Shown: one piece after another, positions 9,455 through 18,197 of the stretch
How the letters are laid out: each line of letters starts with the position of its first letter
Numbering within the stretch: position 1 is the first letter of the stretch
IMG/VR virus record: IMGVR_UViG_3300021142_000014
Coordinates: 35,714-99,713 of that record
From: a virus
Strand: one strand, 5' to 3'
DNA length: 64,000 nt
Notes under the pieces: generated by a model
The model's database searches: none
Told to the model about the DNA's origin: nothing
What the model saw: only the letters and a program-made list of their open reading frames with translations
Made by a program: the position numbers and the translations under genes

Positions 9455-10255
9455 TTAAATAATCTTACGTACTGTACCATTCTTGATTTCATCAAGAGTT
9501 CTGTTCCTTGCATACTCACGATAGTCGACACCATCCATGTTATGTACAATCATTCTTTCTTTTAGGAGAGAAAAAATAGCACTACCGTATCCTTCATTCA
9601 ATTCTTCAATTGTCATGTTCGTAGTAATAAATGTAGGGCGGTTGTCGAGCGCACGCTGACGCAATACATGGTCAAACGTTGCTTCACTTAGGTTGTTCTT
9701 TGTTCGGAACTCTTTGCCAATGTCATCCAAGAAGAATACATCGCTTTTAACTACCTTAGATTCAAAACGAGCTTTTTCTTCGTTGCTACCCCATCCTCTG
9801 GTGAACTCATCAACCATTTGTGTAAAAGTAGCAAAGTAAACAGTATAACCAAGCTTTACAAGCTCTTTGGCCATAAGGCTTGTAAGAAGTGTTTTACCTG
9901 TACCCCATGTTCCGTGGTACATCAAACCCATTCCACCTTTAACAAAGTCCTTATGTTGACTTAGATAAATCTGTGCAAGCTCTAAACCTTTGTGATCACC
10001 GTTGAAATCTTGCCAATCAAGTCGTTGATAATTGAGCCCAATGCCAGCACGTAGATAGTGTTTGTACAATTGCAATTGAACTTTGCAATCACCACAAGTT
10101 CTATCTTCGCATGTAGGACAACCGTTTTTATTGAACGTCTCAAACTGGGGATGCTTGAGTTCTAGGTACTCAATCTCTTCATCATCTAGAAAATCATATT
10201 TTAGATTGACGTAATCTTTTTGCCAATCAAACAGCGAATCGTTTAAAGAAGTCAT
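9455..10255 (-). CDS. DnaC/IstB-like AAA+ helicase loader
   Basis: CxxC..CxxC N-terminal zinc site, GTWGTGKT, FFLDDIGKE, R....PTFITTN, ER..V..MDGVDYR. Confidence 0.9.
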   Translation of the reverse strand: MTSLNDSLFDWQKDYVNLKYDFLDDEEIEYLELKHPQFETFNKNGCPTCEDRTCGDCKVQLQLYKHYLRAGIGLNYQRLDWQDFNGDHKGLELAQIYLSQHKDFVKGGMGLMYHGTWGTGKTLLTSLMAKELVKLGYTVYFATFTQMVDEFTRGWGSNEEKARFESKVVKSDVFFLDDIGKEFRTKNNLSEATFDHVLRQRALDNRPTFITTNMTIEELNEGYGSAIFSLLKERMIVHNMDGVDYREYARNRTLDEIKNGTVRKII

Positions 10256-10694
10256 CTGTATTCATTAACCCTTCTGAACTTGGTCGGTTCTCTTCTTTTA
10301 TCTTATTTTGTTGCAACTCAATGTAGAGGGTGTCCTGAATCCATTTACTGCCCTTACTAAAAGCTGTAATGGTCATAACCATATCATTAATCTTACCGCC
10401 ATGCTTGTCAAACAACAATGCAATCATTGGACCAGCATCTTCCTTATAACGTTCTTGGAAGCTTTTAAGTATAGCAAGCTCTTTGACCCATTCAACTACA
10501 TATTCAAAACCGTTAACTTCTTTATAACGATTAGAAAAATATAGCAATAGCTCTTTAGGAGTTGCAGTAGAGAGATCTAATTCTTTTACAAGATCTTCTT
10601 TACTCTCTATTAGCTTTACTTCAACAACGTCATCGTAGTCATTGTCATCATAATTTGACAATGGACCATCAAAACTTTTCTTTTCTAGTGTCAT
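10227..10694 (-). CDS. Hypothetical protein, possible replication initiator or loader partner
   Basis: Start revised to ATG 10694 (GAGG RBS); helical protein immediately upstream of the loader. Confidence 0.6.
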   Translation of the reverse strand: MTLEKKSFDGPLSNYDDNDYDDVVEVKLIESKEDLVKELDLSTATPKELLLYFSNRYKEVNGFEYVVEWVKELAILKSFQERYKEDAGPMIALLFDKHGGKINDMVMTITAFSKGSKWIQDTLYIELQQNKIKEENRPSSEGLMNTDDFFKRFAV

Positions 10695-11043
10695 TTTTAA
10701 TTCCTCTAACTGATAGAAACTTATCACATACATCTGAGAACATTTGAATCTTTTTACTAATAAATTCACGCGTTACAGAATCGATGTCATGCAAACCACG
10801 ACCATTTGGACCAATGGCAGAAATATTAGATTTGTTAATCAATAAAAATCGCCATTGAGTGACTATATCATCTCTATCGTTTTCTTCATGGCCATAAACC
10901 TGTACCCATTTTTCATCAAGACCACAGATATATCCTACGTATACGAATCCATCACTAAAGATTTGTACTTCTTGTTTTCTACTAGCAACGATGGCTATAT
11001 TTCGCTCAAACATTACATCAGAAAGTTGTGCAAGGTTTTCCAT
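10669..11043 (-). CDS. Sm/LSm/Hfq-like fold protein (putative RNA-binding)
   Basis: Helix, then EVQIFSDGFVYVGYICGLDEKWVQV (Sm1-like) and FLLINKSNISAIGP (Sm2-like). Confidence 0.55.
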   Translation of the reverse strand: MENLAQLSDVMFERNIAIVASRKQEVQIFSDGFVYVGYICGLDEKWVQVYGHEENDRDDIVTQWRFLLINKSNISAIGPNGRGLHDIDSVTREFISKKIQMFSDVCDKFLSVRGIKNDTRKEKF

Positions 11044-11318
11044 TACCATTCACCGTCCGTATTGTTTTTCCAACTACTAAAATCTACTTCAAAGCCACCC
11101 CATTTGCTAGGAGCTTCAAACAAAGAAAAACTGTTTAATTTATTTTTTTGTTCAAACACAGCATCAACAAGATGCCAAGAATAAATGAATGGTGTTGCTA
11201 TGATTACTATTGGCGATAATATAAGAAAAACAATGCCAAACACAGCAGTTACAAACATTTTAATCACATTTGATTTTGACACGATATCAACTATCTGTCT
11301 CGATCTTTTTCTATTCAT
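11043..11318 (-). CDS. Membrane protein
   Basis: Long hydrophobic segment MFVTAVFGIVFLILSPIVIIATPFIYSW; AAGGAAAG RBS. Confidence 0.65.
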   Translation of the reverse strand: MNRKRSRQIVDIVSKSNVIKMFVTAVFGIVFLILSPIVIIATPFIYSWHLVDAVFEQKNKLNSFSLFEAPSKWGGFEVDFSSWKNNTDGEW

Positions 11319-11347
11319 TTACTTTCCTTTCTTACTTTTGTAAGATC

Positions 11348-12412
11348 TTAAAAATAATCCTCAAATGGATCATCTAATTCTTCGTCAGCATAAATATTAA
11401 AATCATCTACACTGTCATATTGTTCAAAAAACTCTGGGAACTGCATGTTGCCTACTTCACAAATACGTATGATCATTTTATCTTCTAAAAAATCTAACGA
11501 ATAAGGATCGTCATCAACATTTATAGCAATAGTACTAATATTATCAATCCAATCATCAATAAAATCATTTACTACTTCTATGTCTTCGGCAACAATCAAA
11601 CGTATGTCACCATAGAGTGTATCAAACAGATCTTTAGAATTCAAGTTCTCAAGGCGAACATAACGAGCAACATAATTAGAATTAATTATTTTTTGCACCA
11701 ACTCGCTCTTGCGTGTTAAAGGTAGTTTATCTCTATAACTTTCTATAAACTCACCATAGAATGTAATCATTGCTGCACTGAACTCTTTAATCTGTTTTTT
11801 AGTTAATTTACCTAAAATAAAATAAAACTTTGGTGCTAAGCATCCTTCACCATAAAAAGAAAAGAAATCAAAACATATTCTATTAATTATACTTGGTGTT
11901 AATTGTTCAGATCTAACTAATCCAAAACTAAATTTAAAACCATGTTCCCAAACGCGACGATCAACCGTTTCATATTCTCTAAACGTTTCCATAGCATTCT
12001 GATTGCCAAAAACAATAATATCAGTAGAATTTTCAATTTCATCTCGCCACTCGCTACTTAATTTTAATTCATCATTGTGTGCAACAAAGATTCTAGTACG
12101 AATATGTTCAGCATAATTATCTAATACATTTTGCACCAAGAAACTTTCATCTAAGCTAGGTACTTTTACAACTATGCTATCTGGTCCTGACAACATAATG
12201 CAAAGGAATACACTTTTAGCAATAAGACCAGGCGTTTCTTTTGATCCAACAATTAGAAATTTACGACCTGTTTTTTCTTTGTATTCTTCAAAACTGTTAG
12301 GTACAAACAAGTGTTCAATTACCATTCGATAATCATTAGGTAGAAAACGACCATATTGCGATAACACATCAACCATATCAATCGATGGATTGATAATCCA
12401 TTTGCTATTCAT
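11348..12412 (-). CDS. LuxC-like acyl-CoA reductase (ALDH superfamily), short N-terminus
   Basis: GSKETPG, VKVPS, DIIVFG, HGFKFSFGLV, DFFSFYGEGCLAP (catalytic Cys position), RICEVGNMQFP: the motif order of LuxC-family reductases. Confidence 0.75.
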   Translation of the reverse strand: MNSKWIINPSIDMVDVLSQYGRFLPNDYRMVIEHLFVPNSFEEYKEKTGRKFLIVGSKETPGLIAKSVFLCIMLSGPDSIVVKVPSLDESFLVQNVLDNYAEHIRTRIFVAHNDELKLSSEWRDEIENSTDIIVFGNQNAMETFREYETVDRRVWEHGFKFSFGLVRSEQLTPSIINRICFDFFSFYGEGCLAPKFYFILGKLTKKQIKEFSAAMITFYGEFIESYRDKLPLTRKSELVQKIINSNYVARYVRLENLNSKDLFDTLYGDIRLIVAEDIEVVNDFIDDWIDNISTIAINVDDDPYSLDFLEDKMIIRICEVGNMQFPEFFEQYDSVDDFNIYADEELDDPFEDYF

Positions 12413-13353
12413 CGCAATTTCCTACCAAAAGGGATAACGTCCTTCCATAAGGTGTTATTCTTCCATCGGTCTTTTACTTGAACAAACCCAAGTTGATCAA
12501 ATAGCTGTTCAAGGTTTAAAGCATTATCATCGCCGTATTTCACTGGATTGAATTGTAGATTACCCAATGGAGGGAATGCAAGCTCTTCATCAATATTTAA
12601 TTCAATTAATTTTTTAGCAAGACGAACTGTATTTATATGATCAGATATTTTTGGGTCTTCTAATGCCAGTACAGAATTTAGATCACCATTTTCAGCAATA
12701 AGTTTTGTAGCTTTCTTAGGACCAATACCTGGGATTCCTTTAACGTTATCACCCTTATCGCCCATCAATGCCCAGATTTCAGGAAGGCGCCATGGGTCTA
12801 CACCCCATTGTTCGTGGATGGAAACAACATCGTATATTTCTTCTTCAATATCTTTATAACTGATGCTTGGTTTAACAACCGTAATGTTGTGTCTAATTAA
12901 TTGGTGCAAATCATGATCAGCACTGACAATAATAATGCGTTCAAAAACTCCTGAATAATTCAAAGCAGCTGTAGCAATTATGTCATCTGCTTCTACATTC
13001 TCAATACGCATATATGGCAAACCAGCATTTAAACAAAGATGCATAAACATGCTAAGTTGTGGTTTAAATTCCATTGAAAAAACATCGCCCATTGGACTCT
13101 TATTATCATGTTTGCGATTGGCTTTATATTCTGGATCGAGAGCCAATCTTTTAGAGCTACGTCCTTTATCAAAGGCTACAAGAAGATGTGATGGCTCATA
13201 CTTACGCACTAAGTTGGCAATAACATTAAATGCACCATAAGCTCCCCATGTACCTGATCCATCTGGGGCACTGAGACCTTGCCTCATCAACCCGCTAAAC
13301 GAGCGAATGAAAACATTATGTCCATCAAAAATAAGTAATGTTTTCTTTTCCAT
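12409..13353 (-). CDS. 5'-3' exonuclease (Pol I N-terminal/FEN-like)
   Basis: LIFDGHN, AFDKG, YKANR, EADDIIAT, SADHDL.QL, LMGDKGDNVKGIPGIGPKKA (H3TH). Confidence 0.95.
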   Translation of the reverse strand: MEKKTLLIFDGHNVFIRSFSGLMRQGLSAPDGSGTWGAYGAFNVIANLVRKYEPSHLLVAFDKGRSSKRLALDPEYKANRKHDNKSPMGDVFSMEFKPQLSMFMHLCLNAGLPYMRIENVEADDIIATAALNYSGVFERIIIVSADHDLHQLIRHNITVVKPSISYKDIEEEIYDVVSIHEQWGVDPWRLPEIWALMGDKGDNVKGIPGIGPKKATKLIAENGDLNSVLALEDPKISDHINTVRLAKKLIELNIDEELAFPPLGNLQFNPVKYGDDNALNLEQLFDQLGFVQVKDRWKNNTLWKDVIPFGRKLR

Positions 13354-13361
13354 GGTTATCT

Positions 13362-13703
13362 TTATTTACTACCTTTTCGATAGCGATTTCGGTGTTTCTT
13401 TATTGGTTCTTTAAAAGCATCAACTCTTAATACAATCAAACGTAATTGTCGATCTGTCATCTTATTAGCTCTACGCAAAGCATGAGCAATTTTAAGTATG
13501 TCATTTAGGCTGTAACGTCTTTTACCGCCAGGTGTTCTATTAATCTCTATTTGATTGCCCAGAGAATCGTATAAAAATTGTTCTTTTGCTCTAAAAGCTG
13601 CTGGCAATAAATCAAAAAATGCTGCAGCCATCCCTTGAGTAAACAAAAGATCATCATCACGAAGTCTTAATGCACGTTTTGGCCTATTAGAGGCTTCTGA
13701 CAT
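13362..13703 (-). CDS. MerR-like HTH DNA-binding protein
   Basis: FTQGMAAAFF...RTPGGKRRYSLNDI wing motif; start revised to ATG 13703. Confidence 0.7.
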   Translation of the reverse strand: MSEASNRPKRALRLRDDDLLFTQGMAAAFFDLLPAAFRAKEQFLYDSLGNQIEINRTPGGKRRYSLNDILKIAHALRRANKMTDRQLRLIVLRVDAFKEPIKKHRNRYRKGSK

Positions 13704-14376
13704 AGAACGCTGAACGAACCTTACCAGGAGTAGTTGCCTGAACAATCTGTTCCATGCCTATGTTGCCAAGTTTAAGTTCTTTTTCCAAAGCTTCTTCATT
13801 GAGTTCATATTCTAAAGAGTATGAAGTCTCAGACTTACCATTGGGGTACTTGATTGTTTTATTAATACCAATCTCGTTAGTTATACTTGCAAACTGATCT
13901 GCATCTAGTTTTTGTCTTAACAAATCAATATCAATATTAAGTTTACCGCCAGAAACTTCTTTACTTAGCTTTATACCATGTTCTGGACTAACTAGGTAGC
14001 CACTTTCTGTTGTGTAATCTTTGCCTTCGTGGGCAATCCGCATATTAATAACTTCTGTTGCGTATGCCTTAAGAGCACTCTCTCGTCCTTCTACAATGTC
14101 CTTAGCATTACGAACAGCAATCAATTCTGCAGAAAGAGTATCAACCTCTAAAGGAGTAACATTAGGAGATGGAGCACTAATATTTGTAGAACCAAGAACC
14201 TCAAAGAGAGATCCCATAACCTCATCAACATTCGTGAGGTTTACATCAATGGCACTATTTCTTCGAGTCTCCGCTCGTGTTGCCACCTTGGGTGATTCTC
14301 CATACGAAGGTTCCATAACCTCCTGCAGGGGTGTAGTAGTAGGTACCTTGCGCTTTGGCATAATTGGTTGACCCAT
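13687..14376 (-). CDS. Hypothetical protein (coiled-coil)
   Basis: 229-aa ORF with GGAG RBS and phage codon usage. Confidence 0.75.
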   Translation of the reverse strand: MGQPIMPKRKVPTTTPLQEVMEPSYGESPKVATRAETRRNSAIDVNLTNVDEVMGSLFEVLGSTNISAPSPNVTPLEVDTLSAELIAVRNAKDIVEGRESALKAYATEVINMRIAHEGKDYTTESGYLVSPEHGIKLSKEVSGGKLNIDIDLLRQKLDADQFASITNEIGINKTIKYPNGKSETSYSLEYELNEEALEKELKLGNIGMEQIVQATTPGKVRSAFYVRSL

Positions 14377-14394
14377 TGTTTTTCTCCTTACTCA

Positions 14395-14967
14395 TTAAGC
14401 TTGTTTGATTTCAAGACTCTTGCTAGTAGCATACCATATATCGCCACTAACTCCTACTGCAGTTTTAGTTGCGTTTCTAGCTGCTTTAATAACATCATTT
14501 TTTGTCCATGGGCCTTCATCACCCAAAGAACCAAATGCTTCTGGTGCACCAGATCCCATAGCCCATCGACCACTAATTGGTATAGTTACTGAAAAATCAT
14601 CATCAATAGCTATAATCTTATCATCAATGATAATTAAAAGACCAGCTCCAAAAGATTCAATCTTTTTACTAGTCTCCAATGCACCATGCTCATCAAGTGC
14701 AGTTCTCATTGCTGGAATTACATCTTTAACAATAAATTGCTCAAGATTGTCACGATGAAATTCACGTAGTTCAGGCCAATCAGTCCAATGTTGAATTACT
14801 TGAGTTGCTCTAACGCTGCCACAACCGCCAAAAATGTATTGACGTTCTTTATCAATCCAAAGCTTTCCAGATCCTTCATGAGTTTTGTTATAATCCCAAG
14901 AGATTTCTGAATCAGCGGCAATAACCACTCCATCAACTTTGGTAATAGCAGCAGCAAGAACAGTCAT
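14395..14967 (-). CDS. HslV/proteasome-beta-like Ntn protease
   Basis: N-terminal Thr (M-T-V), VIAADS, K at the Lys33-equivalent position, FGGCGS, AMGSGA.EA.G. Confidence 0.85.
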   Translation of the reverse strand: MTVLAAAITKVDGVVIAADSEISWDYNKTHEGSGKLWIDKERQYIFGGCGSVRATQVIQHWTDWPELREFHRDNLEQFIVKDVIPAMRTALDEHGALETSKKIESFGAGLLIIIDDKIIAIDDDFSVTIPISGRWAMGSGAPEAFGSLGDEGPWTKNDVIKAARNATKTAVGVSGDIWYATSKSLEIKQA

Positions 14968-15305
14968 TAGTAGTATTCTTCCTCATCAGTTACAACTATG
15001 TCAGAATCTTCTGATGTAGATTCAACCTCTTCTTCTGTAGATTCTTCTACTTTTGGAAGTGGTTCTGAAATAAGTTCTGTTACTACGTTCTTAAATTGAG
15101 GACCTACAACATCGTCCCACATGCTTCCAAACAGTGCCTGGAGGCGTGTGTTCATATCCTCACCCTCTTCAAGATCAGCAGCTAGTTCATTTGGGCTAAT
15201 AGAAAGCTCAGCACCGACTTCGGGCTTAATCCAATCCCATTCGCCTTTAGCGTTCTTTACTTGTAGAGTTGCACCGATACTAACCGATAGTTTCAGTTCC
15301 ATCAT
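14967..15305 (-). CDS. Hypothetical protein, acidic C-terminus
   Basis: 112-aa ORF with AAGGAAG RBS, coupled to the protease gene. Confidence 0.75.
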   Translation of the reverse strand: MMELKLSVSIGATLQVKNAKGEWDWIKPEVGAELSISPNELAADLEEGEDMNTRLQALFGSMWDDVVGPQFKNVVTELISEPLPKVEESTEEEVESTSEDSDIVVTDEEEYY

Positions 15306-15408
15306 CTTCCTTTAGTTCTTGATCTTTTTTTAATGATTCAGCTTGTAATCTAGCGTGTTCAACTAGATGACGATATCCACAATTAGGGCATTGGCATTTC
15401 ACTGTCAT
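15280..15408 (-). CDS. 42-aa putative zinc-ribbon protein
   Basis: Hand-translated MTVKCQCPNCGYRHLVEHARLQAESLKKDQELKEDDGTETIG; RBS GAAAGGAAG. Confidence 0.55.
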   Translation of the reverse strand: MTVKCQCPNCGYRHLVEHARLQAESLKKDQELKEDDGTETIG

Positions 15409-15577
15409 TGTCTTCCTTTCGTTCTTCAATTAAGAATAGCTGATCATCTGGCACTGCGTCAATTTCATCGTAGGTCCATTCAATAATTATTCTACCATCA
15501 GTAGTCTTACCAACAACTTTACCTAGATTGAGTTTAAGAGCTACGATGTCACCAATTTGATATTCATGTTCATTCAT
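15383..15577 (-). CDS. Small SH3/KOW-like hypothetical protein
   Basis: YQIGDIV.L...GKVVG...IIIEW pattern. Confidence 0.6.
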   Translation of the reverse strand: MNEHEYQIGDIVALKLNLGKVVGKTTDGRIIIEWTYDEIDAVPDDQLFLIEERKEDNDSEMPMP

Positions 15578-15908
15578 TGTTTTCTTCATTTCTCCTAGCA
15601 GCCTCTTTTACCCAATTCATCATATCTATGAGTTCTTTTGCTTTAAACATAATTGTTTCATCGACTTCAATGCCATTTGCTAAAACAATTTCAAGCAACG
15701 TATCAGTTACTTCAATAACTTGATCAACACCTTTTTCATAAAAAACATACTTATATGGTTCTTTAAAAGTTGGTGTTTCTTGAACTTTTTTTCTTTCTTC
15801 TTCCATAATTTTTTTATTCTCTTCCATACGATTGCTTAATTTAACTAATTCCATACCAATAGCAAATTGTGTTCCACGTTTTAAGAGTTGTGTACTTAAT
15901 CTAGCCAT
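15570..15908 (-). CDS. Hypothetical protein
   Basis: 112-aa ORF downstream of a strong promoter, AAGGA RBS. Confidence 0.7.
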   Translation of the reverse strand: MARLSTQLLKRGTQFAIGMELVKLSNRMEENKKIMEEERKKVQETPTFKEPYKYVFYEKGVDQVIEVTDTLLEIVLANGIEVDETIMFKAKELIDMMNWVKEAARRNEENNE

Positions 15909-15933
15909 ATAATCCTTACTTTTGTTTATAAAA

Positions 15934-15963
15934 ACTTTACCATAAAAACAATATGATTGTCAA
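15934..15963 (-). promoter_or_regulatory. Strong SigA-type promoter at the head of the replication operon
   Basis: TTGACA-N18-TAAAGT with TGG extended -10, directly after the tRNA-Tyr CCA. Confidence 0.7.
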
Positions 15964-15967
15964 ATCT

Positions 15968-16051
15968 TGGTGGATGGAGAGGGATTCGAACCCCCGAACA
16001 ATAAAGAACTGGTTTACAGCCAGCCGCGTTTGGCCACTTCGCTACCCATCC
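15968..16051 (-). tRNA. trnY: tRNA-Tyr(GTA)
   Basis: GGATGGG acceptor, GCTGG-CTGTAAA-CCAGT anticodon arm, long variable region, GGTTCGAATCC, encoded CCA. Confidence 0.93.
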
Positions 16052-16052
16052 G

Positions 16053-16128
16053 TGGTGCCCCAGGCAAGACTTGAACTTGCAACCTGCGGGTTAGAACTCC
16101 GATGCTCTATCCGTTGAGCTACTAGGGC
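16053..16128 (-). tRNA. trnR: tRNA-Arg(TCT) with atypical anticodon arm
   Basis: GCCCTAG/CTGGGGC acceptor, A20 Arg identity element, TCGGA-GTTCTAA-CCCGC anticodon arm, TTCAAGT T-loop, encoded CCA. Confidence 0.85.
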
Positions 16129-16134
16129 AATAAG

Positions 16135-16371
16135 CTAATTAGTATCATAGATGTTAACGTCTATGCCATTCTCACGTAGGATATCCATTGCTTGTTCAAA
16201 ATAGGGGTTGCTCATATCATTAACAACTCTACGAGATGCAGACTTGATAACGCCTTTAACCCACATTGTATTAGCACTATAATTACTAAACGCAGCAATA
16301 AGCTTTGGTTGGGCTGGGATCTGTGCTAGTTCTAGCATAGTTTTTGCTGCCCAATTGAGATCTTTAGCCAT
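16135..16371 (-). CDS. Hypothetical protein
   Basis: 78-aa ORF, TAATG-coupled. Confidence 0.7.
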   Translation of the reverse strand: MAKDLNWAAKTMLELAQIPAQPKLIAAFSNYSANTMWVKGVIKSASRRVVNDMSNPYFEQAMDILRENGIDVNIYDTN

Positions 16372-16538
16372 TACTTCTTACATTTACAATTACAGTTGCC
16401 ACCACATGGGCTTTTCTTCTCAGGAGCTTTAGACTTCTGATAAATACCATTCTTTACACCCTGGCTAAACATATGAACAAAAGCACCAACAAACATAAAA
16501 AATAATGCTGGTAAAACTAATACTAACATTACGTGCAT
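16371..16538 (-). CDS. 55-aa TM + Cys-rich small membrane protein
   Basis: Hand-translated MHVMLVLVLPALFFMFVGAFVHMFSQG...KKSPCGGNCNCKCKK; TAATG coupling at both ends. Confidence 0.65.
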   Translation of the reverse strand: MHVMLVLVLPALFFMFVGAFVHMFSQGVKNGIYQKSKAPEKKSPCGGNCNCKCKK

Positions 16539-16696
16539 TATTGTTCCTTCTTCTTTGGAGCAGCTTTCTTTGGTGCTTTCTTAGGTGCTGGCTTTGGTGC
16601 TTCTGTTCCTAGTGGGAGTGGAATATCTGGTACATTGTTATTACCACCAGTGAGACCACCTAGAAAATTCAAAAAACCTTTTAATGTACTATTCAT
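16538..16696 (-). CDS. 52-aa protein with histone-H1-like APKK tail
   Basis: Hand-translated MNSTLKGFLNFLGG...EAPKPAPKKAPKKAAPKKKEQ; AGGAG RBS. Confidence 0.7.
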   Translation of the reverse strand: MNSTLKGFLNFLGGLTGGNNNVPDIPLPLGTEAPKPAPKKAPKKAAPKKKEQ

Positions 16697-16697
16697 A

Positions 16698-16880
16698 TTA
16701 TTCTCCTATATCCCAATCTTCGATTGAACCTAATCTTACCACATGGGCGCAAGGATCTCCACCTTCATCCCACGATCTTTCTTCGCTTTCATGCATGGGA
16801 AAACCATCATGAGTACTACAGAATTGTTCTGTGCAATAACCCTTATCGACACCAAACTTTAACCATTCATCAAAATCCAT
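16698..16880 (-). CDS. Small Cys/His hypothetical phage protein
   Basis: FDEWL..G..KGYC....C.THDG.P...GGDPC.HVVRL. Confidence 0.75.
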   Translation of the reverse strand: MDFDEWLKFGVDKGYCTEQFCSTHDGFPMHESEERSWDEGGDPCAHVVRLGSIEDWDIGE

Positions 16881-17431
16881 TATTGATCCTCATATACTTT
16901 CTCAATCCATGCTTGATAAGTCAATTCTATTACTCTAATATAATCATGAGCAATATTCAAGACGGCATTGATACCATCCTTAGGATTGTAATATGAGCCT
17001 TTACCAAGATTCCATTCGTAGTCATCAAAAGCCATAATGCCGCCTACTTCAAGGCATTGAAAAGCATTTAATCCATCAATAGCTGTTTGGCTAGCTGTAT
17101 GGTCTCCATCGATAAGGATAAAATCGTACTTTTTAGTATTGTTTTTAAAAAACTCATTGCTAGTCATTTTGTGCTTGATTACTCGTGAATCTTCACCAAA
17201 CCTGCTATCATAATATACTTCTACTTCTGCAAAATTAATAGTCTCATGCGCTAATTCTAATGAACCTTCCCATGTATCTACATCGTCTATAGTTATGATA
17301 TTACGATTGTTAAGCAACCACTCCGTTGCATCACCTGTGTATGTTCCAATTTGCAATACACGATATTCACGATCTTTTGGTAAATTCCTATCAAAAAAAT
17401 GTGGTTGAAACCAAACTGGAAAGCTACTCAT
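16880..17431 (-). CDS. Class I SAM methyltransferase (Methyltransf_24-like, possibly acting on glycans)
   Basis: LQIGTYTG, VDTWEGS, YDFILIDGDH, GGIMAFDDY; start revised to ATG 17431. Confidence 0.88.
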   Translation of the reverse strand: MSSFPVWFQPHFFDRNLPKDREYRVLQIGTYTGDATEWLLNNRNIITIDDVDTWEGSLELAHETINFAEVEVYYDSRFGEDSRVIKHKMTSNEFFKNNTKKYDFILIDGDHTASQTAIDGLNAFQCLEVGGIMAFDDYEWNLGKGSYYNPKDGINAVLNIAHDYIRVIELTYQAWIEKVYEDQ

Positions 17432-18197
17432 TGATTGTTTCCTTAATATATTTATTATATTTATTTTTATTATCTCTAAGGTATTTTGGATAAAAATCAG
17501 AATCAATATCTACTAATCTCAACTCATATCCTCTTCCAAGAGTATCTGTATTGTTTTCAAAATTATAATCTAAACTAGATTTAATTTGATCAGTATTACA
17601 TTCAGTATGAGCAAATGCTTCGATTTTATTCTTAATAAACTTAGTATCACCACAAAAAGTCCAGTGCCATCCACCATTTGGAACGCTGATTGAATTAAAA
17701 CTTAATCTTAATGAAGTAGCATTGAATCCAGGCTCCCGGTACTCACGGACACTACAGGCTTTGGCTTTCCACCACAAACCTTCACCAATGTTTTGATTGT
17801 TTAAATAGTATTGGTGAACAATCATATTGAATGAATATGAGAAGTCAGGATCAAAATTCTCACGTAAGAATTCAATAGCTTTAGGATTGGGTATCTCGTC
17901 TAGGTCATTGATAAGAACAATATCATCATCATTATATTCAGATAAATCAAGAATTATATCACGCTGGTAGTTCTCACGACCCCATTCATCAAGACCCTCA
18001 GGGAACTCAATCTCTATGACTGTGTGCTTTGGGTGCTTGATGGTGTTGGCAAGCATTGGCTTATCAAGACCAGTAAAAGTTTTAGTAGCTTCAATCGTGT
18101 AGAAATGATCAACTACGTCTTCCAAAATACCAAGACGCAATTCAAGAATATGTGTCTCGTTATGGAATGGAGTGATACTAACTACACGTCGTGACAC
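17424..18197 (-). CDS. GT17-like glycosyltransferase (beta-1,4-GlcNAc transferase family)
   Basis: F.NE..ILELRL..L..VVD.F..IEA..TFTG..KP, RE.YQRD, DLDEIP, GGWHWTF, KIEAFAHTE. Confidence 0.88.
   Translation of the reverse strand: MSRRVVSITPFHNETHILELRLGILEDVVDHFYTIEATKTFTGLDKPMLANTIKHPKHTVIEIEFPEGLDEWGRENYQRDIILDLSEYNDDDIVLINDLDEIPNPKAIEFLRENFDPDFSYSFNMIVHQYYLNNQNIGEGLWWKAKACSVREYREPGFNATSLRLSFNSISVPNGGWHWTFCGDTKFIKNKIEAFAHTECNTDQIKSSLDYNFENNTDTLGRGYELRLVDIDSDFYPKYLRDNKNKYNKYIKETINE

Noticed and set aside
11348-12412. Bioluminescence (lux) operon
   Set aside because: Only a LuxC-like gene is present; no luxA, luxB, luxD or luxE in the window.
16053-16128. Amber suppressor tRNA (CTA within the loop) or stop-codon recoding
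   Set aside because: The register from the D and T arms gives TCT with an Arg A20 identity element; conserved genes are uninterrupted under the standard code and some end in TAG.
15968-16128. tRNAs as a prophage attachment site
   Set aside because: Phage genes continue on both sides, with no integrase, duplicated tRNA 3' end or host genes.
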